The notes under the pieces were generated by a model, which ran no database searches, was not told the DNA's origin, and worked only from the letters and a program-made list of their open reading frames with translations. DNA of 64,000 bases from a virus (taxonomy: Duplodnaviria > Caudoviricetes). Positions 19,558-27,948 of this stretch are shown in pieces. The translations under genes were made by a program, and so were the position numbers. The stretch lies in IMG/VR virus record IMGVR_UViG_3300021091_000071, positions 188-64,187 of that record; one strand, 5' to 3'. Position 1 is the first letter of the stretch. Each line of letters begins with the position of its first letter.

Positions 19558-20414
19558 AAAAGACTATTTTAATTTTAGGTCGAGGATTTGTAGGTAAGGG
19601 ACTGGAAGAATTTTTAAAAGGCAGAGGCGTACCAGTTGAAGCATATTCTCGAGCGGCTCTGGATTATACAAGCCCTCATATATTTCAAAAATTTTTGATG
19701 GATAATCCTGATAAATATGAGACTGTAATTAATTGCTCTGGGTATACAGGTATTCCCAATGTTGATGGGTGTGAGTCAAACAAACAAGAATGTTGGTTTT
19801 GGAATGTAATAGTACCAAGAAACATAGTGCTGTCGGCTAACGGCGTGGGCATTCCAGTGGCTCAAATTAATAGCGGCTGCATTTATACAGGAGCAGACAA
19901 AGAGTTTACTGAAGACGATGAGCCAAACTTTGGACTGTATAACAATAGTAGTAGCTTTTATTCCAAGTGTAAGCATGCTTGTGAAACAATATTAACTAAC
20001 TGCTATGCCCATAGTTTGAGAATAAGAATGCCGTTTGATGGTACAACAAACAGAAAAAATTATCTTAACAAAATATACAAGTACAATGATTTAATTAGCT
20101 TTAATAATAGTTTAACTAGCATGGAAGACTTTAATAATTTTATGTTAAAATTTATCTTTTTTCAGAAGACAATACCACCTGGCCCTTTAAATGTGGTCAA
20201 TACAGGGAGTGCCGATGCAAAAACTATTACTGATATAATGAAAAAATATAACGTTAATAACCCCAATTGGAATTTTGTTGAAAATATTAACACCGCCGCT
20301 CAAAGAAGTAATTGCGTGTTGAATGTAGATAGAATTCGTTCATATGGCATGGAGCTGCCTTCTGTTTATGAATCCCTTGAAAGGGATATATCAAAATTTG
20401 CTACTAGCATTTAA
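19554..20414 (+). CDS. RmlD-like NDP-4-keto-6-deoxysugar epimerase/reductase (extended SDR)
   Basis: GRGFVG Rossmann motif, INCSGYTGIPNVDGCE, SGCIY, YSKCK (YxxxK), LRIRMP and RSNCVL. Confidence 0.85.
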   Translation: MKKTILILGRGFVGKGLEEFLKGRGVPVEAYSRAALDYTSPHIFQKFLMDNPDKYETVINCSGYTGIPNVDGCESNKQECWFWNVIVPRNIVLSANGVGIPVAQINSGCIYTGADKEFTEDDEPNFGLYNNSSSFYSKCKHACETILTNCYAHSLRIRMPFDGTTNRKNYLNKIYKYNDLISFNNSLTSMEDFNNFMLKFIFFQKTIPPGPLNVVNTGSADAKTITDIMKKYNVNNPNWNFVENINTAAQRSNCVLNVDRIRSYGMELPSVYESLERDISKFATSI

Positions 20415-20694
20415 TAATATATCTCGCCCAACCGAGCGAGGTATGTATGCAGTAAATAGAGGGGATTTTGCCGGCGAATTTTTTGTTTTCATAAAAGTTA
20501 ATGACAATTACAATTATGAGTTTCTTAGTCTGCCTAAAATGTTACTACGAACTGTACCAATCAGTGCTTTTCAAAACGGCGTTAAACATAAAATTATATC
20601 TTTTATTGAAAAACTACCCAAACAGGTTTTTAGTGTGTGTATAGCACAATATTATAAGTGTAAAAAGCAACCGTTGATTAGTGGTGCTAGATAA
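20344..20694 (+). CDS. Hypothetical protein
   Basis: ORF filling the gap after the RmlD-like gene. The true start is uncertain. Confidence 0.5.
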   Translation: MAWSCLLFMNPLKGIYQNLLLAFNNISRPTERGMYAVNRGDFAGEFFVFIKVNDNYNYEFLSLPKMLLRTVPISAFQNGVKHKIISFIEKLPKQVFSVCIAQYYKCKKQPLISGAR

Positions 20695-20704
20695 TAAATA
20701 TAGT

Positions 20705-20902
20705 ATGGACCTAGTAAGACCAGTCAAAATAACCAGCCCGATTAGTGGTCAGCCAGTTGCACCCAGAATAATAGAACGTATTGTTGGTAACAAGCTCTAT
20801 AAAGAAGCACATTGGATTGATCCATCCAGTGGTACCTTTATTCGCAAAGGTGTAGTTAGCATTGAAGATATTGCACCTTCGACAGAAGAAAAGCAAGGTT
20901 GA
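20705..20902 (+). CDS. Small hypothetical protein (Cys-free Zn-ribbon-like pattern)
   Basis: ATG 20705 follows AATAAATA (20693-20700). It carries SPISG...DPSSG knuckle-like motifs. Confidence 0.55.
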   Translation: MDLVRPVKITSPISGQPVAPRIIERIVGNKLYKEAHWIDPSSGTFIRKGVVSIEDIAPSTEEKQG

Positions 20903-20926
20903 TTAACTGTATTCTTTCTTTATACT
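20899..20926 (+). promoter_or_regulatory. sigma70-type promoter TTGATT-N16-TATACT
   Basis: The -10 box ends 6 nt before the primase ATG 20933. Confidence 0.65.
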
Positions 20927-20932
20927 ATACGT

Positions 20933-21955
20933 ATGCTTCTTAACGAAGATTATGTTGTATCTAAGTTTTATCAACACGCAGGTTTTCCTAGATACAATAG
21001 ATTATCCAAATCATACAACGGATGTTGCCCAACATGTCGAGAAGGTAATTCATGGGGTAAGAAGCGAAGACTGTATTATATACCAAGAAAAAACTTAATA
21101 TTTTGTCATAATTGTGGTCTCAGTGTCCGACCAGTTAAGTGGGTACAATTGGTGAGCAACATGACTTACATTGAAGTAATGAAGGAAAATGGTAATTTTG
21201 CTAGGGTTGAAATAGATCTTGAACCAGAGGATACAACAGAATCTAATACTACCGTTGAAATATTGCCTAGAGATTCTATTAATCTTTTCGATAAGCAGCA
21301 AATTAGTTTTTATAAAGATAATTTCTATGTCAATAAAGCTCTGGAGGTAATTAAGAATAGAAGGCTTGATACCGCAGACAATAAACCCAAAACTTTTTGG
21401 ATAAGTTTGACTGACCCGGTTCATAAAAATAGATTAGTTATACCTTTTTATGATACAGATGATAATATAGTGCATTATCAATCCCGTACATTAGTTGAAA
21501 GAAAAGGTAAGACATTTCCTAAATATCTTTCAAAACAAAACAGTGAAAAAACATTGTTTGGAATCAACAATATAGACAATCAAACTAAGTATATTTTCAT
21601 AACTGAAGGACCGTTAGATGCATGTTTTCTTAAAAATGGGCTAGCAGTAGCAGGTATTAATGAGAGCAAGGGCACGGCTTTTACCAAAAAGCAACAAGAT
21701 CAAATTGCTAAGTTTCCTCTGCACGAGGTGATATGGGTATTGGATAATCAACGCATTGACACCGCAAGTAAAAAGAAAACCTCCATGTTAGCTAAATCCG
21801 GTTACAAAGTGTTCTTATGGCCAGACGAGCTAAAAAAATTTAAAGACCTTAACGAGGTTTGTATTGCTGCACACACAAATGTGATACCAGAAAAGTTTAT
21901 ATTAAAACATACCTATTCAGGTATTAAGGCTAATTTAATACTTTCGAAATATTAA
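20933..21955 (+). CDS. gp61: gp61 DNA primase
   Basis: Zn finger CPTC...CHNC, RLVIPF, YQSR, TOPRIM motifs ITEGPLD and LDN, and KDLNE. Confidence 0.92.
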   Translation: MLLNEDYVVSKFYQHAGFPRYNRLSKSYNGCCPTCREGNSWGKKRRLYYIPRKNLIFCHNCGLSVRPVKWVQLVSNMTYIEVMKENGNFARVEIDLEPEDTTESNTTVEILPRDSINLFDKQQISFYKDNFYVNKALEVIKNRRLDTADNKPKTFWISLTDPVHKNRLVIPFYDTDDNIVHYQSRTLVERKGKTFPKYLSKQNSEKTLFGINNIDNQTKYIFITEGPLDACFLKNGLAVAGINESKGTAFTKKQQDQIAKFPLHEVIWVLDNQRIDTASKKKTSMLAKSGYKVFLWPDELKKFKDLNEVCIAAHTNVIPEKFILKHTYSGIKANLILSKY

Positions 21956-22359
21956 CCGTTATCGTTAGAAATTAAGTAACCCTTTAATGACTCGTTTAAT
22001 GAACTTAGTTCCATAGCTACCCGTGCAATTCTTTTCTTTTCGCTAGAAGCAATTTTTTCAAACAACGAATCGCATCCGGCTCCAGCCAGTTGGGATTGTA
22101 CGCTGTTGCTTTCAACACCATTAAGAAAATTGACAAACTCTGCAATTTTACCTATCCATCCATTAAGAGCTTTCTTTTGTGCAGCGGTGTGCGCACCTTT
22201 TGCCGCCTCCACATCAGGTGGAGGGGTCTGTGCATCAAGAGCAGCAGGGTCTGTGCCTGGGTCTAATTGGGCTTGCATAGCGGCGGCATCATCTGCAGGG
22301 GCTTCTTGTTCGTCAGCCTCTAATATAGATGTAAAGTAGTTTTTAAATAAGTCGCTCAT
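21952..22359 (-). CDS. Late acidic hypothetical protein, candidate internal head protein
   Basis: TATAAATA on the minus strand (22365-22372) lies 5 nt before the ATG. N-terminus is MSDLFKNYFTSILE. Confidence 0.7.
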   Translation of the reverse strand: MSDLFKNYFTSILEADEQEAPADDAAAMQAQLDPGTDPAALDAQTPPPDVEAAKGAHTAAQKKALNGWIGKIAEFVNFLNGVESNSVQSQLAGAGCDSLFEKIASSEKKRIARVAMELSSLNESLKGYLISNDNG

Positions 22360-22409
22360 AAAGATATTTATACCTATATATTTATTAATTCGAGATATTA
22401 AATATATAG

Positions 22410-22781
22410 ATGAAGAAAAAGCCTATGGTAATAAGCGAAGATTCGACAATGCTTTATAATAAATGGGTTACAGGTATTGCTAAAAGAGATTTACAGCCTG
22501 AAGTCATAACAGTAAATGATATTATTAATAGATTTCGTAATAGAAACGATGCATCCCCTATACTGCCATACCCATTAGACAGAATGCTTGATTTCCTTGG
22601 TGATATGTTTGTTAAGTGTGCAGATTTTAGACGCACCCTGGCCAAAAGTGTCAGCAATCCTTTAATAGGGCAATCCAGGGCCAAAATACAAGCAGTTAGA
22701 TCATTAAATGAAAAAATTCAAAAATTGCAAGAACAACTTTTCAGTTGTACGGAAGAACTAAACAAATTAGTTGAAAAATAA
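22410..22781 (+). CDS. Late hypothetical protein
   Basis: ATTAAATA (22397-22404) lies 5 nt before the ATG. Confidence 0.65.
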   Translation: MKKKPMVISEDSTMLYNKWVTGIAKRDLQPEVITVNDIINRFRNRNDASPILPYPLDRMLDFLGDMFVKCADFRRTLAKSVSNPLIGQSRAKIQAVRSLNEKIQKLQEQLFSCTEELNKLVEK

Positions 22782-22799
22782 CTAGTTATATATTAAAAT
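22771..22799 (+). promoter_or_regulatory. sigma70-type promoter TTGAAA-N17-TAAAAT
   Basis: The -10 box ends 7 nt before ATG 22807. Confidence 0.5.
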
Positions 22800-22806
22800 C
22801 ATATAT

Positions 22807-23223
22807 ATGTTTAAAAGGATAGCTAGGAGCTTGGCCTTGACATTATCTGTAGCCGGCGTGTGTGCTTGGCCATTGACTTACCTAGGCGTAGGTTTTATAA
22901 GCTCTTTTTTCTTTTTTATTGCAGCGCAATTTGTAGGTTTTTATTTTTATAGCGAATTTATTAAAAGAAAGCTTCTTAGAGAAGAACGTGAATTTATTCT
23001 TGCACAAGAAGCAGAATTATCCAAACAAGGGGCAGAAGTGATATGCCCGTGTGATAGAAATGTAAAATGTTTTGTACCTATTATATTGAACGAATACAAC
23101 ACTTATAATTGTCCTGGATGTAAAAAGGACATACATGTAATGGTAAATTACAAGACAGCGCTTGTCACAACTCCTGTTGTTGAAGATCCTGAGGCAGTTA
23201 TTAAGCAGTCTTTGAAAGGGTAA
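22807..23223 (+). CDS. Membrane-anchored protein with a putative Zn ribbon
   Basis: Two N-terminal hydrophobic helices followed by CPC...CPGC. Confidence 0.6.
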   Translation: MFKRIARSLALTLSVAGVCAWPLTYLGVGFISSFFFFIAAQFVGFYFYSEFIKRKLLREEREFILAQEAELSKQGAEVICPCDRNVKCFVPIILNEYNTYNCPGCKKDIHVMVNYKTALVTTPVVEDPEAVIKQSLKG

Positions 23224-23224
23224 C

Positions 23225-23611
23225 ATGGAATACAGCGAAATTCAAGCTAGTCAAATTATGCCTGTCTCGGCCTTAAATGTTCCGTTAGTATCAGTAGAAC
23301 AAGCAAAAAAAGCTGTAGAGACTTTCTTCTTCTCTCAAGGCCCGCTTGCTTATAAAATATATAAAAATGCCTATACACAATGCTTAAGATTCAGCTCTCT
23401 TGAAACTTTTGTCGATGATTTTTTTGATGTATTGGAAGTATCATTAAAAATGCAGCTTAAAGAGTCTAATCTTGAAGGCTCTGTTGCGGTAAAGGAAGCA
23501 TTTGAAATTCTTAGAAACACTTTTAAACTACTAGCCAAATCCAATGTGAAGTTCGACCCTACTGTTTTCTTTGGCACAGTGTTGGCTTTTATTCTAACCC
23601 GGTTAAAATAG
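23225..23611 (+). CDS. Hypothetical protein
   Basis: 128-aa ORF starting 1 nt after the previous stop. Confidence 0.6.
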   Translation: MEYSEIQASQIMPVSALNVPLVSVEQAKKAVETFFFSQGPLAYKIYKNAYTQCLRFSSLETFVDDFFDVLEVSLKMQLKESNLEGSVAVKEAFEILRNTFKLLAKSNVKFDPTVFFGTVLAFILTRLK

Positions 23612-23614
23612 TTC

Positions 23615-23643
23615 TTGACATGATTTAAAAAATCATGTATTAT
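23615..23643 (+). promoter_or_regulatory. sigma70-type promoter TTGACA-N17-TATTAT with a 9-bp inverted repeat across the spacer
   Basis: Consensus -35. ACATGATTT-aaa-AAATCATGT at 23618-23638. The -10 box ends 6 nt before ATG 23650. Confidence 0.7.
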
Positions 23644-23649
23644 TTTAAA

Positions 23650-24015
23650 ATGAATACTAATTTTATAACAGTGCATAGTAAAACAAAAGAACATAAGCTT
23701 TCAAAGATCGAATATGCTCGCTGGCTTTGTTTGATTGAAGCCATCGATCTTATTGAGCGAAAAGCACAAGATCTTAAGTCTGATATGATATCTGATGACT
23801 TTTGGATTAAGCCACTAGCTTTTCAAAAGTACATTGACCAGAGGTTAGAGACCATGATATTAGACGTAGATAGAGAAGAATTTAATATTAGCATTGATGC
23901 TTCTATAACTAATAATAAACATCTGTTTAAGCCTGTAATTGAAGAGGTTGCAACAGCACCTGAGGAAGATGAGCCTGTAGAAATTGAACCTTCTTTTGAA
24001 GAAATAGCAGCTTAA
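23650..24015 (+). CDS. Hypothetical protein with acidic C-terminus
   Basis: The start at 23650 (MNTNF) is chosen from promoter spacing. Confidence 0.65.
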   Translation: MNTNFITVHSKTKEHKLSKIEYARWLCLIEAIDLIERKAQDLKSDMISDDFWIKPLAFQKYIDQRLETMILDVDREEFNISIDASITNNKHLFKPVIEEVATAPEEDEPVEIEPSFEEIAA

Positions 24016-24770
24016 TAATAGCCACCGTATATTTCTGTATTATTAACAGACATGTCAAAGACTTGAGTTTGACTGGCTGTATTTGCATCACCAGGGTATG
24101 AAGACGGTCTCATACTGTATGTTGTATCATTTGGTATAACAGTTTCAATTGTACCGTAACGTGTATCATCATGCACTTGGCTGCTACCTCTCTCAGGTGT
24201 AATGTTTGGCTCAAAAGAAAAATCAAATCGCTTGGCTTGCAGTCGCCACACATAATGACCCATTAAAGGGTTCATTTCTGAATTATCTTGATCTATTCTT
24301 TCTGTAACTTCAAACAATCTCCCGTTGCGTTCTCCTGGTCTATCGCTGCCATATTCTGTTAATTGAAAAACATCACCTGATTTTGGCTCAGCATCAGGTG
24401 GGTAGACAGCATAGAAGGAGCTTATATGCATGTAAGCAGTACATTGTTCATCACTTTGATATCCAAACTTACTAAGAATTAAAGCGTTTTCGGCAAGTTT
24501 AACTAACATAATAACAGGCCGCGGGTCATCAAATCTGGCGGTTGTATGCTCCCCATAAACATTGTCAGCGGATAAGGTGTTATAAGAATTTCTGTAGTAC
24601 AATGCTTTTTGCCCAAACATATCAATTTGCTCTCGCCAGTAATTACTAAACATTAATCGTTCAGCTGCGTTGTTTTCTTTATCACTAAATCTTAGAGCAC
24701 TAGCTGTGTATTGCTGTTGTGGGTAAAGTTTTATACAGTTTGAACCTGTATATTTGTCCATCGTGTTCAT
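24012..24770 (-). CDS. gp14: gp14-like neck protein
   Basis: EQIDMFGQKALYY, DNVYGEH, LSKFG, PKSGD, LFEV and YVWRLQAKRFDFSFE. Confidence 0.8.
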   Translation of the reverse strand: MNTMDKYTGSNCIKLYPQQQYTASALRFSDKENNAAERLMFSNYWREQIDMFGQKALYYRNSYNTLSADNVYGEHTTARFDDPRPVIMLVKLAENALILSKFGYQSDEQCTAYMHISSFYAVYPPDAEPKSGDVFQLTEYGSDRPGERNGRLFEVTERIDQDNSEMNPLMGHYVWRLQAKRFDFSFEPNITPERGSSQVHDDTRYGTIETVIPNDTTYSMRPSSYPGDANTASQTQVFDMSVNNTEIYGGYY

Positions 24771-25171
24771 TTTTCTAATATATACCCATTTAGTTGTGGA
24801 TCAAATTTTAAAATAATACCTGTATTACCTAGACTTTTGGGTGTAGACGGGTCCATTCTTACCAAATGAAACATACTAATAACTTTTTGAAGTTCTGTAG
24901 GGGTAAGAGACTTACGACCTGTTGCGGATGTTTTTAAATCTTCTAATGCTTGAATAGATCTAGGATCGCCCTTGTGCATATCAGGAACTGTCTGAGTATG
25001 TTTTCTAAACCCAGGGTCTTTAATAATCTTTCTATGACGCTCAGTTGGTTGACTTGGATCTTTAAATCCAATATTGGGCGTTAGTAGGCCCGAATTCCAC
25101 GTGGACATTTCTTTTAAAGAAAGTAGTTCCTCTTCTAGTAATTTACTAAAAATAGAAGAAAATAGTGTCAC
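24767..25171 (-). CDS. Late hypothetical protein, candidate internal head protein
   Basis: GTG at 25171 lies 5 nt after TATAAATA (25177-25184). The upstream ORF extension runs through a terminator. Confidence 0.6.
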   Translation of the reverse strand: MTLFSSIFSKLLEEELLSLKEMSTWNSGLLTPNIGFKDPSQPTERHRKIIKDPGFRKHTQTVPDMHKGDPRSIQALEDLKTSATGRKSLTPTELQKVISMFHLVRMDPSTPKSLGNTGIILKFDPQLNGYILEK

Positions 25172-25183
25172 ACTATTATTTAT

Positions 25184-25212
25184 AAAAAAAAAGCCGCCCA
25201 AAGGCGGCTTTT
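25184..25212 (-). terminator. Rho-independent terminator, possibly bidirectional
   Basis: AAAAGCCGCC-caaa-GGCGGCTTTT hairpin with a 9-nt U tract on the minus strand, downstream of gene 25234-26196. Confidence 0.85.
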
Positions 25213-25233
25213 AAAAATTATGATATTAAATTT

Positions 25234-26196
25234 TTATTTAAAAAAGTCACCGACTTTGTAGCCACCAGCATTGACCTTATTGTTCTTACCTGTCAAGGAA
25301 AGGCCTTTGCTATCAGCGAGAGCTGTTGGCGTTGGCTCTACCTTTGTGCTGGGAGCGGCAGAAGAAGCCTTAGACTTGCTAACATGGCTAAGCTTGCCTG
25401 GCACCTTATTGTTCTTACCAGTCAAGGAATGGCCTTTGCTGTCGGATAATTCTTTAGGAGCAGGCTCAGAAACAATAGCTTCTTTGGCTACTTCTTGATT
25501 ATCTTCATCTTTTTCTTCTTCTTTATCCTCATCCTTCTTGGCTTTGTGCTGCTCGTCTTCATCATAATCTTTGTGCTGCTCGTCTTCATCTTTGAGCTCA
25601 CCGCCAAGATCTTCACCTTCACCACCAACGTCTTCGCCTTCACCTTCACCGCCGAGAACACCCACTAGAACGTCGTGTAATTTTTGAGCAAGATCACGAG
25701 ACAATGTAATGGTTACTTCATCAGATTCACCTCCAACATCAGCAGCAGCATCACCTGCTTCACCCTCTGGACCAGCTTGGATACCAAGATCCAATGCATC
25801 ATCCTTCATTACATCTTCATATAGTTTATCAAATATTGACTTGCTCATATTATTATTTATATTCTGCTGCTCATTTTTTTCAAGAGCTGTAGAAAATTTT
25901 TGCGGCTCATAGTGATTTTCCTTTTTAGAATTTTTAGGTTCAATTACATTCTTGTTAAATCCTTCAGCGGCCTCAGGGCCTGAGTTCTTGTGAAAAAAAG
26001 CTTTCTTGTCAGATCCCTTGGCAATAATTTTTTTGACATTTACTTTTTTGTCTGTTGCCTTAGGAAATGTGTCTAGCTTTTTAACTACTTTCTCTTCAAC
26101 TACTTCTGCTTGCGGGGCTTGAGCATTCTCTACTCTATTTTTTTGCATAGTCTCGTAAACTAGCCCTATATCGCTTATACTTTTTACTCTTGTCAT
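25234..26196 (-). CDS. Highly charged late protein with internal repeats (core/scaffold/internal-protein-like)
   Basis: GATAAATA lies 5 nt before the ATG. The centre is D/E/K-rich, with repeats DSKGxSLTGKNNKV x2 and DEDEQHK x2. Confidence 0.7.
   Translation of the reverse strand: MTRVKSISDIGLVYETMQKNRVENAQAPQAEVVEEKVVKKLDTFPKATDKKVNVKKIIAKGSDKKAFFHKNSGPEAAEGFNKNVIEPKNSKKENHYEPQKFSTALEKNEQQNINNNMSKSIFDKLYEDVMKDDALDLGIQAGPEGEAGDAAADVGGESDEVTITLSRDLAQKLHDVLVGVLGGEGEGEDVGGEGEDLGGELKDEDEQHKDYDEDEQHKAKKDEDKEEEKDEDNQEVAKEAIVSEPAPKELSDSKGHSLTGKNNKVPGKLSHVSKSKASSAAPSTKVEPTPTALADSKGLSLTGKNNKVNAGGYKVGDFFK
25274..25440. repeat. Imperfect ~38-bp direct repeat (25274-25311 and 25403-25440)
   Basis: ACCTTATTGTTCTTACCwGTCAAGGAAwGGCCTTTGCT occurs twice and encodes the SKGxSLTGKNNKV repeat. 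Confidence 0.85.
25542..25590. repeat. 22-bp direct repeat, period 27
   Basis: CTTTGTGCTGCTCGTCTTCATC at 25542 and 25569 (DEDEQHK x2). Confidence 0.85.
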
Positions 26197-26228
26197 ATAG
26201 GTATTTATCTTTACGTATTAAAATTTTC

Positions 26229-26236
26229 TATAAATA
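26229..26236 (+). promoter_or_regulatory. T4-type late promoter TATAAATA
   Basis: 10 nt before the terminase ATG, back-to-back with a minus-strand GATAAATA at 26202-26209. Confidence 0.75.
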
Positions 26237-26246
26237 ATACAAATAT

Positions 26247-27941
26247 ATGCCTGACAAAGAAAAATATTATCTGGGGAATCAAAATTTACCAACTGTTGAT
26301 ACCAAGCATGAATATACCCCTGAGATGATTAATGAATTAAAGAAATGTAAAAAAAACCTCTTACATTTTGCTGAAAATCATTTCACCATTATTAACTTGG
26401 ACCGTGGTAAAGAAAAAATAAAATTATTTTCTTGTCAAAAGAGAGTGTTGAGAAGCCTGAGGGATGAACGCTTTGTGATATTACTTTCAAGCCGCCAGAG
26501 CGGGAAAACAACAATGATGACGATATATTGCTTGTGGAATGCTTGTTTTAGTGAAGATCAGAGAATATTAATTGTAGCAAACAAAGAACAAACTGCAAAA
26601 AATATTTTTAAAAGAGTTAGACTTGCTTATGAACAATTGCCCAATTATTTAAAACCGGGGGTAGTAGAGTATGGTCAAACAAGCATGACCCTTACTAACG
26701 GAAGTAGCATAGGCATAAGCACAACCAGCAGTGACGCAGGAAGAGGTGAATCAGTCAACGTAACAATTCTTGATGAGTTAGCATTTATTGACAATCATAT
26801 TGTGGAAAAATTCTGGGAATCTGTATACCCTATTATTTCAAGTTCAAAAAAATCTAAAATTTTTATCGCAAGCACACCTAACGGTACAGATAATCTTTTT
26901 TACAGACTATATCAAGGAGCACTGCAAAAGTATAATAACTGGAGAGCAGAACGAATTGATTGGTGGGAAATACCTGGTAGAGACGAAAAATGGAAACAAG
27001 ATACAATTAATACTCTTGGAAGTACAGATATATTTGCTCAGGAATTTGGAAATGAATTCATTCAAGGTGGTGAAAGTACCATTGATGAGCAATTAGCTAG
27101 TAAGCTAGAAAAGGGTATTCGAGAACCTGAGTATGTTTTTGATGAGGGCAAATACAAGGTATTTGAAGATCCAAAAGAAGGTAGAATCTATACTGTAGGG
27201 GTTGATATAAGCGAGGGTGTAGGGGAAGCTGCCAGTGTTATTCAGATTTTAGATATAACTGATCTCACCAATATTGAACAGGTTGCAGTATATCATACAA
27301 GAAATACAATACCATTTCAATTTACCTCTAAGCTACTAGAAATTTTAAATCAGTGGGGTAGACCACCAGTTTGTATAGAGAGAAATAGCATAGGCGCTCA
27401 AGTAGTAGAGCAGCTCAAGTTTACTCACAACTATGAAAATGTAGTATCGTGGGGCGCTAAAGCAGGTGACAAAACAGAATTTAAAAGAGTTGGAATTTTA
27501 TCTCACACCAATACAAAGTACAGAGGTATAATGAACATGAGGTACTGGATGAATGAATTAAAGGCAGTAACTTTGAGAGATAATTACACATTTCATGAGT
27601 TTAAAAATTTTATAAGATATCCCAACAATACATGGGGTGCACGCCCAGGCATAGACAGCTGGGATGATAGAGTCATGGCTTTGGTGTGGGCATTATTAAT
27701 TTTAGAAAATGAAATCTGTGTAAGGTATTATGACATAGTAAAACTAGATGAGTGTGAGCGACCTCTCATAATAAAGCCTTTGGATTATGGTTTGAGAGGT
27801 GTTGTTAACCCGCTAGGGCTTTATGCCAATGAAAAGGTGGGGGAAGCCCCTACTGCGTTGCCCACTATTTTTGAAACCGATGAGCCTGTAGATGATATTT
27901 CTGATCTAAAATCGCAAGGTTGGAAATTTCCTTTTGAATAA
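26247..27941 (+). CDS. gp17: Terminase large subunit (gp17)
   Basis: YLGNQNL, SRQSGKTT Walker A, ILDELAF Walker B, STPNG, QEFGNEF, GVDISEGVG nuclease motif and DDRVMAL. Confidence 0.95.
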   Translation: MPDKEKYYLGNQNLPTVDTKHEYTPEMINELKKCKKNLLHFAENHFTIINLDRGKEKIKLFSCQKRVLRSLRDERFVILLSSRQSGKTTMMTIYCLWNACFSEDQRILIVANKEQTAKNIFKRVRLAYEQLPNYLKPGVVEYGQTSMTLTNGSSIGISTTSSDAGRGESVNVTILDELAFIDNHIVEKFWESVYPIISSSKKSKIFIASTPNGTDNLFYRLYQGALQKYNNWRAERIDWWEIPGRDEKWKQDTINTLGSTDIFAQEFGNEFIQGGESTIDEQLASKLEKGIREPEYVFDEGKYKVFEDPKEGRIYTVGVDISEGVGEAASVIQILDITDLTNIEQVAVYHTRNTIPFQFTSKLLEILNQWGRPPVCIERNSIGAQVVEQLKFTHNYENVVSWGAKAGDKTEFKRVGILSHTNTKYRGIMNMRYWMNELKAVTLRDNYTFHEFKNFIRYPNNTWGARPGIDSWDDRVMALVWALLILENEICVRYYDIVKLDECERPLIIKPLDYGLRGVVNPLGLYANEKVGEAPTALPTIFETDEPVDDISDLKSQGWKFPFE

Positions 27942-27948
27942 ATAACAT

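Noticed and set aside
25274-25590. Direct repeats as a mini-CRISPR array
   Set aside because: There are only two copies each, in frame within a CDS, encoding peptide repeats. No cas genes are present.
6848-27941. Inteins, introns or homing endonucleases in polymerase, helicase, UvsX or terminase
   Set aside because: The proteins have normal lengths with contiguous motifs, and no splicing or LAGLIDADG/HNH/GIY-YIG motifs were seen.
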